A stretch of DNA of 42,166 bases from positions 4,374 through 46,539 of the forward strand of contig QHRJ01000042.1 of NCBI GenBank assembly GCA_003220075.1, given 5' to 3'. A program made the position numbers and the translations under genes. Positions 17,733 to 26,407 of this stretch are shown here, piece by piece. The notes under the pieces were generated by a model that searched no databases, was not told where the DNA came from, and worked only from the letters and a program-made list of their open reading frames with translations. How positions within the stretch are numbered: the stretch's first letter is position 1; each line of letters opens with the position of its first letter. Source of the stretch: Verrucomicrobiota bacterium (lineage in GTDB: Bacteria > Verrucomicrobiota > Verrucomicrobiia > Chthoniobacterales > UBA10450).

Positions 17733-18150
17733 TGTCAGCCGTTCCGTGCGCGCCCGCTACCTGATCGTCGATGGCCATAGCGCGATTTTCCGTTGGTCGG
17801 AAATGCAACGCCTGCACGCTCGCCGCTCCTCACTCGCGCGCGATGCCCTAGTCAAAAAGCTTCGCGATTACCAGGATTACACCGGCGTTCGCGTCGTCGT
17901 GGTTTTCGATGGCAAGGGGACTTCTGCCACCGAACAATCGGAGCCGCACGGCGTGCAGGTTTTTTATTCGCGCGCTGGACAAACTGCCGACGCGATTATC
18001 GAACGCCTGGCCAGCAAGTATGCCGGAAAATTCGATCTCACCGTCGCGACTTCCGATTTACTCGAACGGGAAACGGCCAGCGCCTGTGGCGCGGATTGTA
18101 TTTCGATCGAGAACTTAAGGGCGCTGATTAACGAAGCGGTGCCGAATTAA
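17650..18150 (+). CDS. YacP/Rae1-like NYN (PIN-like) domain protein
   Basis: Motifs are RYLIVDGHSAIF, VVVVFDGKG, VFYSRAGQTADAIIERL and TVATSDLLE. The domain begins at about the GTG at 17746, which is the more likely start. Confidence 0.7.
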   Translation: MPSKNRCVANPRAPNQRNLRHYRLQQSNVSRSVRARYLIVDGHSAIFRWSEMQRLHARRSSLARDALVKKLRDYQDYTGVRVVVVFDGKGTSATEQSEPHGVQVFYSRAGQTADAIIERLASKYAGKFDLTVATSDLLERETASACGADCISIENLRALINEAVPN

Positions 18151-18581
18151 GCTGCGCCAAGTAATTCCCGCTGCAGCCGAACGCGCCGTGCGTTGTAGCG
18201 CGCGGCTGCTAACACTCTTGCGAGGACGCAGTACAGCTGTTCCACCGGCAAATTTTTACTCACGTATCCGCTCGCGCCTGCACGCATTGCCGCTCGCATT
18301 TGCGCCTCATCAGAACCCCTCTCTGTGAAAACCACGATTGGTAACCTAGCGTCGATCGCACGAAGGGAGGCGATCAAAGACATTCCATTAGCGTTCGGCA
18401 AATTGAGGTCGACGACGACCACTTCACATTGATTTTCGCTGAGCCAGTTGAGAGCCTTGTCTCCTTCGATGGTGGCATTCGAGGGATGTCCCCTCTCGGA
18501 GAGATAAGTTGCGAGGAATTCCGAAACGCGCGGATCATCATCGACGAGGAGGAATTCAGCGGCTGGCTGGGCGTGTTGCAT
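18147..18581 (-). CDS. stand-alone response-regulator receiver (CheY-like)
   Basis: The 144-aa protein has LLVDDDPRV, VVVVDLNLPNANG, PIVVFTERG and GASGYVSKN, and has no output domain. Confidence 0.8.
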   Translation of the reverse strand: MQHAQPAAEFLLVDDDPRVSEFLATYLSERGHPSNATIEGDKALNWLSENQCEVVVVDLNLPNANGMSLIASLRAIDARLPIVVFTERGSDEAQMRAAMRAGASGYVSKNLPVEQLYCVLARVLAAARYNARRVRLQRELLGAA

Positions 18582-18749
18582 TTGCTATAAATCCAATAAT
18601 TACAATAGCAACAATCTTGCCAGCATTTCTCCATGCCATTGCAGCGCAAAACCCTCCCGCTCATGCTCATACTCTTGCTCACGCTGGAGCCCAGACGTGC
18701 TAGTGCAGCCTTCTAAACCCGCCAAGTCTCGAAGCTCCCTGCACCCCGC

Positions 18750-19763
18750 CTACTTTTTCAGCTTCGCTTCGAGTTTTTTTACTCGCTCGAAAAACTCCCC
18801 TAGTCGCCGCACCCACGCCAATTGCACTTTCGCTTCTTTCAAGGGCACCGATGGGGTCGCCCACCAAACTCCCCCGTTGAGATTCTTCGAAACCCCAGTT
18901 TGCGCCCCGATCATCGTGCCGTCAGCAATTTCGATGTGCCCGATGATTCCGGCCTGTCCACCAATCATCACTCTTTTCCCGATGCGGACGCTCCCAGCAA
19001 TCCCCGTTTGCGCGGCAATGACGGTATCTTTTCCAATCACAACGTTGTGGGCCACCTGCACCAGATTGTCAATCTTCGCGCCCGCCTGAATCCAGGTCCG
19101 ACCGAAGCGCGCCCGATCGATCGTCGTGTTCGCGCCGATCTCCACGTCATCGTCGATTTGGACAATTCCGATCTGCGGCACTTTCTGCTGACCTTGCGCC
19201 GACATTTCGAAACCGAATCCGTCTGCGCCAATCACGGCCCCGCTGTGTAAAATTACTCGCGCCCCGAGCCGGCAGCGTTCCCGAATTGTTACTCTCGGAT
19301 AAATCATGCAGCCGTCGCCAATAACGACATCGTGCCCAATGTAACTCCCGGCGCCAATGACCGCGCGGGATCCAATTCGCGCGCCGGCTTCGATCACCAC
19401 CAACGGTTGAATGGAAATGTGATCGCCCAATTTCGCCCGCGGGTGAATGACTGCGCTCGGATGAATTCCCGGCGCGAATTTTATCGGAGGCGGCGCGAAC
19501 TTGGTAACGACCTGCTCGAATCCTTTCGCCGGATTTTCCACCCGAATTGTTGCTGCTCCGACTGGTTCGGAAAAATCGGGCGGCACAATCACGGCGGCGG
19601 CGCGCGTTTTGCGCAGTTGCGCGATGTAACGCGGATTGTTGAAAAACGAGATCTCATGGACGGTCGCTTCTGCCAAAGAAGCTGCGCCGGTGATTTTCGT
19701 TTCCGGATCGCCCTCGAGTTTTCCGCCGGACAATTTCGCGATTTGTTCCAGAGTAAGTGTCAC
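18750..19763 (-). CDS. lpxD: UDP-3-O-acylglucosamine N-acyltransferase
   Basis: The 337-aa protein has an N-terminal uridine-binding domain (ISFFNNPRYIAQL), a long run of hexapeptide LbH repeats and a C-terminal helix. Confidence 0.9.
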   Translation of the reverse strand: MTLTLEQIAKLSGGKLEGDPETKITGAASLAEATVHEISFFNNPRYIAQLRKTRAAAVIVPPDFSEPVGAATIRVENPAKGFEQVVTKFAPPPIKFAPGIHPSAVIHPRAKLGDHISIQPLVVIEAGARIGSRAVIGAGSYIGHDVVIGDGCMIYPRVTIRERCRLGARVILHSGAVIGADGFGFEMSAQGQQKVPQIGIVQIDDDVEIGANTTIDRARFGRTWIQAGAKIDNLVQVAHNVVIGKDTVIAAQTGIAGSVRIGKRVMIGGQAGIIGHIEIADGTMIGAQTGVSKNLNGGVWWATPSVPLKEAKVQLAWVRRLGEFFERVKKLEAKLKK

Positions 19764-19777
19764 AGTTCTCTTCTAAA

Positions 19778-19897
19778 TTGTAGAGGCGCTTGTGCCAAGC
19801 GCCTATCGAATGTGTTATCCGGCGGTTCAACAATTGTTAGGGCGCGGATCTTCGCCGCCAATTTCAAGACCGGCGGCCAGAATGACCGCCCTACAAC
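19778..19897. repeat. REP-like elements of the TGTAG...CTACA type
   Basis: One hairpin is ttgtagAGGCGCTTGtgcCAAGCGCCT (19778..19804). A 64-nt two-armed unit follows: ttgttagggcgcggatcttcgccgcc ... cggcggccagaatgaccgccctacaac (19834..19897). Confidence 0.5.
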
Positions 19898-20035
19898 GAG
19901 CTGCGTAAGGCAAGACCAGTCCGGCTCGGACCGAGGGATATCCGCCGTAAAGATATCGCGATCCCCTTCTTCACACTCGCTCGCACTGTGAGGCCGAGTA
20001 ACTAGTCCGAGTCACCACCTGCGGATACGCCTCGC

Positions 20036-20938
20036 TTAGCTATTCGATGCGTCGAAAATGCTCTGAATGGATTTATCGAGCATAGCATTGAACTCAGCGT
20101 CAGATTGCTGAGCCGTCAGCCCTTCAACCAGCGCGCGGGAAAAACTGGCAACAACCCCATGATTTTTGCGCAAACGATTATTTGCTTCTTCCCGCGAATA
20201 GCCGCCGGAGAGCGCAACCACTCTCAGAACCCTGGGATGTTTGACAAACTCGGCGTAGAAGTCGTCCTGCTCCGGCAGCGTAAGCTTGAGCATGACGAAC
20301 TGACCAACTGGCAATTCGTTGACCTTCTCGAGGATGCCTGCTTTGAGTAATCGCTCCGCTCTTCCTTTTTCCGGACAGTGAATATCAATCTCCGGCTCGA
20401 TGATCGGTACGAGGTTGGCGGAGATAATCTGCCGAGCGATTTCGAACTGCTGGATCACGACGTTCTTGATACCTGCTTCGTCGGCTTGTTTGATCACTGA
20501 GCGCATTTTGGTTCCGAAGATCCGCTTGGCCCTCGCTTTGTCGAGGAGCGCAGGCAGCATCGGCATGGGCTTCATCAACTGAACCCCGTCTTTCTCGGCG
20601 GCAAGCCCTTTGTCCACTTTCAGAAACGGCACGACCAGTTTCACGTTCCAAAGATAGTCGGCGGTGGGCTGCCTTTCGATTTCCCTGTCCATTGTGTTCT
20701 CGAACAGGATGGCGCCAATAATCCGTTCCCCGTTGAAGCCGGGACTAGTGATGATGCGGGTCCGCATCTGATGCACGATGGCGAACATCTCCTCATCGCT
20801 GGACCACGTATTCTCTTGAATTCCGTAAAGACGCAGGGCTTTCGGCGTGCTGCCGCCGCTTTGATCCAGTGCCGCAATGAAACCGGAACCAGTCTTAATT
20901 TTTTGCAATTGTTCTTCGTTAACGGCGATAGATTTCAT
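20036..20938 (-). CDS. fda: class I fructose-bisphosphate aldolase (Fda type)
   Basis: The 300-aa protein has [34 protein letters not shown] and [12 protein letters not shown], the same layout as staphylococcal Fda. Confidence 0.9.
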   Translation of the reverse strand: MKSIAVNEEQLQKIKTGSGFIAALDQSGGSTPKALRLYGIQENTWSSDEEMFAIVHQMRTRIITSPGFNGERIIGAILFENTMDREIERQPTADYLWNVKLVVPFLKVDKGLAAEKDGVQLMKPMPMLPALLDKARAKRIFGTKMRSVIKQADEAGIKNVVIQQFEIARQIISANLVPIIEPEIDIHCPEKGRAERLLKAGILEKVNELPVGQFVMLKLTLPEQDDFYAEFVKHPRVLRVVALSGGYSREEANNRLRKNHGVVASFSRALVEGLTAQQSDAEFNAMLDKSIQSIFDASNS

Positions 20939-21126
20939 GATGTCTCCTTCAATTCTCGGTGGTAGTTAGTTTAACCAAGTTATTGCTAGCACTGCGCCCC
21001 ACGACGAACTTGCCGTCGGCGACCTTGTAAAGCTGAGCCGTCGTCACGATCATGCCGCGAAACTAAAACGGGAAAACCGAACCGAAAAGCAATTCTTCGC
21101 GCTCGACGGTAGCGGTTCCGAGCGGT

Positions 21127-21213
21127 CGTCATCCCGAGCGTGGGTTGAGGGATCCCGATGCGTTACGCTCAAGCTTTCATGGCGAGATCCCTCGACTTGC
21201 GCTCGGGATGACG
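21127..21213. repeat. 87-nt perfect-ended palindromic element
   Basis: The arms are cgtcatcccgagcgtgggttgagggatc (21127..21154) and gatccctcgacttgcgctcgggatgacg (21186..21213). Single arms of the same motif (ctcgacttcgctcgg-a-atgac) occur at 6903..6924 and 7013..7034. Confidence 0.7.
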
Positions 21214-21230
21214 GCGCGGCGCGCGAGCGG

Positions 21231-22328
21231 TCAGCTCAGATCCTTTTCCAGAAAATAAAGGTAGAGGATCGCCATCGCGTCGGTTTCGACATCCAAAGGG
21301 TTATCGTACTCTGCCGAAAGCTCGTAGCGATGATCGTGTTGAATCGGAATCCCCTTGATCGACTTGAATTCGTCGACGTAGGCAACACCAACCCGGTCCC
21401 GCCAGTCTTGCGAATTCAACCGAAAGATCGTCGTCCCCGCTGTCAGATCACGCAACGCCATCCCTCTGGCAAATGGATGAACATGAATCGTCGCATAATG
21501 AACTGTTGTGTCGAAAGGGAGATTGAGCTGTGGCGTAATCTCCGTCGTGTAGATGTGATGACCCGGGGGGACGATCCAGTGGTTCATTAGGCTATTGTCG
21601 GGTTTCCCTACAGTTACTTCCCCTGACAGGTTCACTTTCGACAATTCTGCGCACCCGGCTCCGATGTGCATTCCGGCTTGCGGCATACACGCAGGTCCCA
21701 TCTTTGCCGACACGCCGTGGGGCTGCAGAACATATAGCGCACGGCGGAAAAGCGCTTTCGTGGGTGCGCCCGGCTGATCGCCCGCAATCGTGTGCACCTT
21801 CGTCCGGATGCGAACGTTCACCACTTGATCCCTTTGGTTCAGATTTAGAGACATCGTCACATAATCCAGAGCGGCGTCGGAGGGAATGGGTACGCCAAAG
21901 CCCGGCGGAAGCTCGATCGAGGGCCGGCCCGGTACCAGAGTGAAGAGGCGCCAGTCGAGGTGAGTCTTTCCTTCCATCTGCTGATTGTACTGACCAGGTG
22001 TTCTGCCATGCTCGGCGAAGGTAAGATTGGAATGACAGAAAAACTCCTGGGAAATCGGCTTTTGCGCCGTGGCGTCGACAACCTCCGTTTCCAACCCAGT
22101 GACCCATTGCACTCCAGATTTCGCGCCCGTCGCGAGATGGATTCCACTCTGAATCGACCAGGGCCCTTCCATCGAGCGGTAGATCTTGTCCAACCGATAT
22201 GGATCGGACACAAGCGTGTGTAAGCCATCAGCCTTTGCTTTCGCTGCGGGATCAGGCCGAGTGACTGAATAAACTGCGGGCACGACAAGAGCGCCCGCGA
22301 TGGCGAGAAGGACAAACTGCCGATTCAT
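21231..22328 (-). CDS. secreted protein of unknown function (possible Cu-monooxygenase-like fold)
   Basis: The signal peptide is MNRQFVLLAIAGALVVPAVYS. The C-terminal half carries TIHVHPFARG ... DAMAILYLYF, an H-x-H ... M pattern that recalls the PHM/DBH CuM site. The resemblance is weak. Confidence 0.55.
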   Translation of the reverse strand: MNRQFVLLAIAGALVVPAVYSVTRPDPAAKAKADGLHTLVSDPYRLDKIYRSMEGPWSIQSGIHLATGAKSGVQWVTGLETEVVDATAQKPISQEFFCHSNLTFAEHGRTPGQYNQQMEGKTHLDWRLFTLVPGRPSIELPPGFGVPIPSDAALDYVTMSLNLNQRDQVVNVRIRTKVHTIAGDQPGAPTKALFRRALYVLQPHGVSAKMGPACMPQAGMHIGAGCAELSKVNLSGEVTVGKPDNSLMNHWIVPPGHHIYTTEITPQLNLPFDTTVHYATIHVHPFARGMALRDLTAGTTIFRLNSQDWRDRVGVAYVDEFKSIKGIPIQHDHRYELSAEYDNPLDVETDAMAILYLYFLEKDLS

Positions 22329-22564
22329 CTACCGGCACTTCGAAGCACAGCATGTGCCGATTTCGTTCGACTAATCCGGCCTGCGCCGGATTCATTGGCG
22401 CAATTTCAAATCGCGAACAGCGCGGATAACGCAGATAAAATTCCAACCGCGCCCAATCTTCACCGGAATCATCCGTTTAACCCGCGGAATTCGTGGTTAC
22501 TTTATTCAACTTGTTTCAGGGAATAAGCCTTCGTCTTTGCGCCTGAGTAGTCAAAGTAGATCGA

Positions 22565-23410
22565 ATGCGAGTTTTCATCCTCACTTTGCTCGCGATGATA
22601 GCGTTCGCGGGCAATTCCCTTCTCTGCCGATTGGCGCTCAAGCGAACCGCGATTGACGCGGCCAGCTTTACTTTCATCCGCATTTTGTCTGGCGCGATCG
22701 CGCTCTGGCTTATCGTGACAATTTGCAAAGGAACCTCGCAGAAAGCAGGAGGTTGGGTTTCGGCTCTGGCGCTGTTCGCCTATGCGGCCGCTTTTTCGTT
22801 TGCCTATATCAGCCTTTCCGCCGGAACAGGCGCACTGCTTCTTTTCGGCGCGGTCCAGGCAACGATGATCCTTTGGGGACTGCGGACGGGAGAGCGAATG
22901 CGGACGCGACAATGGCTTGGCCTCGCCCTCGCCGTGGGGGGATTGGTAGCACTGCTATTTCCCGGTCTGTCGGCGCCCCCGATCGACGGTGCTCTAGTAA
23001 TGATATGCGCCGGAATCGCATGGGGATTCTATTCGTTGCGAGGCAAAGGTGCAGGTGATCCTGTGACCACCACGGCTGGCAATTTCTTGCGCGCCGTGGT
23101 CTTTGCTGCGGGGTTGAGCATGGTCCTGCTGCCGTGGGTCAAGCTCGATCTCGCGGGCGCCGGCTATGCGATACTCTCGGGAGCGATAGCTTCCGGAGTT
23201 GGCTATGTGATCTGGTACAGCGTTTTGCCAGAACTAAAAGCTGCCAGCGCCGCTACGGTGCAACTTAGTGTGCCGGTCCTAGCCGCCGCCGGTGGCATAT
23301 TATTTCTTGGCGAGTCGATTACGTTGCGTTTTCTCCTCGCATCCCTTGCCGTCCTCGGCGGAATCGCGCTCGTCGTTACAGAAAATACGCAGGTCGTTCC
23401 GCCTGACTAA
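22565..23410 (+). CDS. EamA/DMT-family transporter
   Basis: The 281-aa protein has about ten hydrophobic helices in two EamA-like halves (FAGNSLLCRLAL..., GIAWGFYSLRGK...). Confidence 0.8.
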   Translation: MRVFILTLLAMIAFAGNSLLCRLALKRTAIDAASFTFIRILSGAIALWLIVTICKGTSQKAGGWVSALALFAYAAAFSFAYISLSAGTGALLLFGAVQATMILWGLRTGERMRTRQWLGLALAVGGLVALLFPGLSAPPIDGALVMICAGIAWGFYSLRGKGAGDPVTTTAGNFLRAVVFAAGLSMVLLPWVKLDLAGAGYAILSGAIASGVGYVIWYSVLPELKAASAATVQLSVPVLAAAGGILFLGESITLRFLLASLAVLGGIALVVTENTQVVPPD

Positions 23411-23463
23411 ATCGACCCAACTAACCAGAATTGGGCAAAGCAGCTCGTTAATACACCACCGCG

Positions 23464-24300
23464 TCACTGAGCACATTCGACCGCGTGAACCTGGACCGGC
23501 CGATCAAAACCTTTCAGAGAGACTTCGCCCAAGGGACGAAACATTAGCCCCTTTCCAATGCATAATTCCGCTACCGCGGTCGATACCAGGATTTGATCGG
23601 GTTGGGCGTGGGAACAAAGGCGTGCCGCCAGTTGAACGGTTGTTCCAAAGATATCGTTGTTTTGCTCGACTGGTTCACCGGCCGCGCCACCGATCCGAAC
23701 TTTGATATGGTGATCGCGTTCCTCTCGCTCACGCCGCGCCAACTCACGCTGGATTTGCATTGCACAACGGACCGCGGCTGCGGCTGATACAAAAGACGCC
23801 ATGATGCCATCGCCCGTGTGCTTCACTTCGCGTCCCTTCGACGCGGCCAAAGCGTCCCGCACGATGCTGTCGTGCACGCGCAAAAATTCCATCGCTATCT
23901 CGTCCCCTAACTTCTGCGTCAGTAAGGTTGAGTCGACGATGTCCGTAAATAAAACAGTTCGGATTCCGGGATCTCGCGCGTCGACTGCGCCACCGGGTAA
24001 AAGGGCTGCGCCTGCCGTATTTACTTCGCTGCCGCCGAGGAACAAATCGGCGACTTCCGGCTCAACTTGAATAATTTTTTCCGCGACCAGGCCGTGCGCT
24101 TCGCGATGGACTTGCTTGGCGGCTTCAGCAGTTGGTGCCTCGCAAAGGCAAAAGATTTTGCCGGCGCTCTCATTCACCCAGTACCTGTGATAATGAACAC
24201 CGTATTTCCCCTCGACCGCGACATCATGGGCGTGCGCCTTGGCCACTTCTTCGGCGGTGATTCCTCCCTGAATCTCGTGAATGTCCATGTATGTTGGCAT
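23464..24300 (-). CDS. DUF4242 (SCO4226-like) domain fused to a class III nucleotidyl cyclase domain
   Basis: ATG 24300 gives MPTYMDIHEIQGGITAEEVAKAHAHDVAVEGKYGVHYHRYWVNESAGKIFCLCEAP...AHGLVAEKIIQV. The cyclase part follows: VLFTDIVDSTLL, HTGDGIMASF, RIGGAAGEPV, DIFGTTVQLAARL. Confidence 0.8.
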   Translation of the reverse strand: MPTYMDIHEIQGGITAEEVAKAHAHDVAVEGKYGVHYHRYWVNESAGKIFCLCEAPTAEAAKQVHREAHGLVAEKIIQVEPEVADLFLGGSEVNTAGAALLPGGAVDARDPGIRTVLFTDIVDSTLLTQKLGDEIAMEFLRVHDSIVRDALAASKGREVKHTGDGIMASFVSAAAAVRCAMQIQRELARREREERDHHIKVRIGGAAGEPVEQNNDIFGTTVQLAARLCSHAQPDQILVSTAVAELCIGKGLMFRPLGEVSLKGFDRPVQVHAVECAQ

Positions 24301-24319
24301 CGGATCTCGCGGCGGCAAC

Positions 24320-24832
24320 CTATCCTGAGGCGAGCCGATACTCAACGTCGATCTTGGCCGGCCGACTCAATGTTTGGTAAACAACGCAGTATCGTTCCGT
24401 CAGGCGAAGCAGGGTAGCCAGTTGCTCTTCGCTCGCATCGGTGTCGAGATCGAATTGCAATCGTATCTGCTGGAAACCGACCGGTACGTCCTTCGACACT
24501 CCCAAGGTGCCGCGAAAATCGAGGTCGCCTTCGGCACGCACTATGGCATCCCGTAACCGGATACCGAGCGCGGTAGCGACCGCATTCAAAGTAACACCAG
24601 CGCATCCGACTAATGCCTCAAGCAACATATCGCCCGAGCAAGCGCTGAGACCGTCGCCACCGGTAGCGGGATGAAGCCCGGCTTCGACCGACGCCTTTCC
24701 CGTTTCTATCTTGCAGGTAACACCTTCACCAAGCCGTCCTTCGGCCCGGAGCGTGATGCGCGCTTTCTCTGGTTCCTGCCGGTATTGCTGCTTCACCGGC
24801 GCTTGCAAGGATCTTAGTTCCTCGGCATTCAT
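24320..24832 (-). CDS. OsmC/Ohr-family peroxiredoxin-like protein
   Basis: The 170-aa protein has the OsmC pattern with two Cys residues (GLSACSGDMLLEALVGCAG). Confidence 0.85.
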   Translation of the reverse strand: MNAEELRSLQAPVKQQYRQEPEKARITLRAEGRLGEGVTCKIETGKASVEAGLHPATGGDGLSACSGDMLLEALVGCAGVTLNAVATALGIRLRDAIVRAEGDLDFRGTLGVSKDVPVGFQQIRLQFDLDTDASEEQLATLLRLTERYCVVYQTLSRPAKIDVEYRLASG

Positions 24833-24929
24833 GTTTCGTATTCAGTTAGAGCTCCACCTGGCGAGAATTGGACTTATAAGACCGATAGGACCTATGTTCA
24901 GCCGCGGCCTTCACCTGCAACGGACGAGC

Positions 24930-26251
24930 CTATGCAGAAACAGCCGAGCCTTTCTTGCTCGGCTTTATGTTTTGGTTCACTCGGAAAAGGTTATCGGGAT
25001 CATATTTATTCTTGATCTGAACTAATCGCTGATAGTTATCTCCATAAGTCGCCTTCACTCGTTCTTCTCCTTCATCCATCATAAAGTTTACGTAAGCTCC
25101 CCCGGCAGAGTATGGGTGCAGCGCGTCCCAATAACTTTTGGTCCAGGAAATAGTCTTGTCGTTGTTGGCCGGATCGGGATCGACTCCGACCATGACTTGA
25201 GTCCAGGTTGCATCGCGGTAATTCCACGCCGTTTCGTGTTTGCCGACGCGCCCAGCCGCTCCGTTGATTGGATAAAGATGCATGGTGGAGTGCATCGATG
25301 GTAGCGCCTTGCCAAATTTAATATGTTCGGCAATCGCTTCGTCGCTTAGTTCCTTCACAAAGTCCGCGCGCCAGTACCACTGCAATCCCGGCGGATAAAT
25401 CCCATCGAACCTTGCGGCAAACTACCGGTCCATGTCCAGACGACACCGCACATCTTTTTCAGATGAAGGTGCTCGGGAAAGGGGGCTGCCGGGGGCACCG
25501 TGAGAAAAGCGAACCAACCATTCAGGTCGTCGGGCGCGGTCTTAATTAGATCGCGATACCATTTCATCACCTCGGCCGCTTCCCTTAGTTCATATAACAT
25601 TGGCCCGCCATAAATCGTACCGATCGGATGCAACTTGAAGGTAAACGAAGTTACTACCCCGAAGTTCCCGCCGCCGCCGCGAATGGCCCAGAACAAATCA
25701 GAGTTTTCCTCTGCATTCGCTTTGACAAAGCTTCCGTCCGCCAGGACCAGATCAGCTGAAATCATGTTGTCGATGGTTAGTCCGCACTTGCGGGTTAGAT
25801 GTCCAATTCCTCCACCGAGAGTTAATCCACCAACACCGGTCGTCGAAATAATTCCGCTGGGAGTAGCGAGGCCGAAGGCATGAGTGGCATGATCGACATC
25901 GCCCCAGGTGCATCCGCCGCCCACGGTTACAAGGCGCGCCCCCGGATCGACCCGTGCATATTTGATCAGCCCGAGATCAATCACTAAGCCGTCATCGCAA
26001 ATTCCCAGTCCGCCGCCGTTATGGCCTCCGCTACGGACGGCAAGAAGCAGATCATGTTTTCTGGCAAAGTTTACGCAGTCGATTACATCCGCCGCGTCCG
26101 CGCAACGCGCGATCAAGCGCGGCTTCTTGTCGATCATCGCATTGTAGACTTTGCGGGCATCATCGTAATCGCGGTCGTGCGGCTCGATCACGTGGCCTCT
26201 CAACTTTGCCTTTAATTCAGCGATGGAATTCTCTTCGAGTGCTTTCTTCAT
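24930..26251 (-). pseudogene. FAD-linked oxidase (FAD_binding_4 + BBE-like C-terminus) split by an internal deletion/frameshift
   Basis: The N-terminal ORF 25355..26251 has RSGGHNGGG and GGGNFGVVTSF. The C-terminal ORF 24930..25385 has QWYWRADF and NYQRLVQIKNKYDPDNLFRVNQNI. The frames change at 25410..25424, and about 25-30 residues normally found between ..CxWTG and ..FDGxYPxG are missing. Confidence 0.75.
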
Positions 26252-26407
26252 GGAAGACTCAATAAAGAGTCGGGCGAGCGCTATTCAAGCGAACATAATG
26301 TCGAGAGCCTTGAGAAAAGGAGACCGAAGTCAGATAAGTAATGGAGGGACACGCGCTGTCGTGTCCCAAATATTGGGCGCCGACGGCGCGGCGCCCTCCA
26401 CCGGGGG

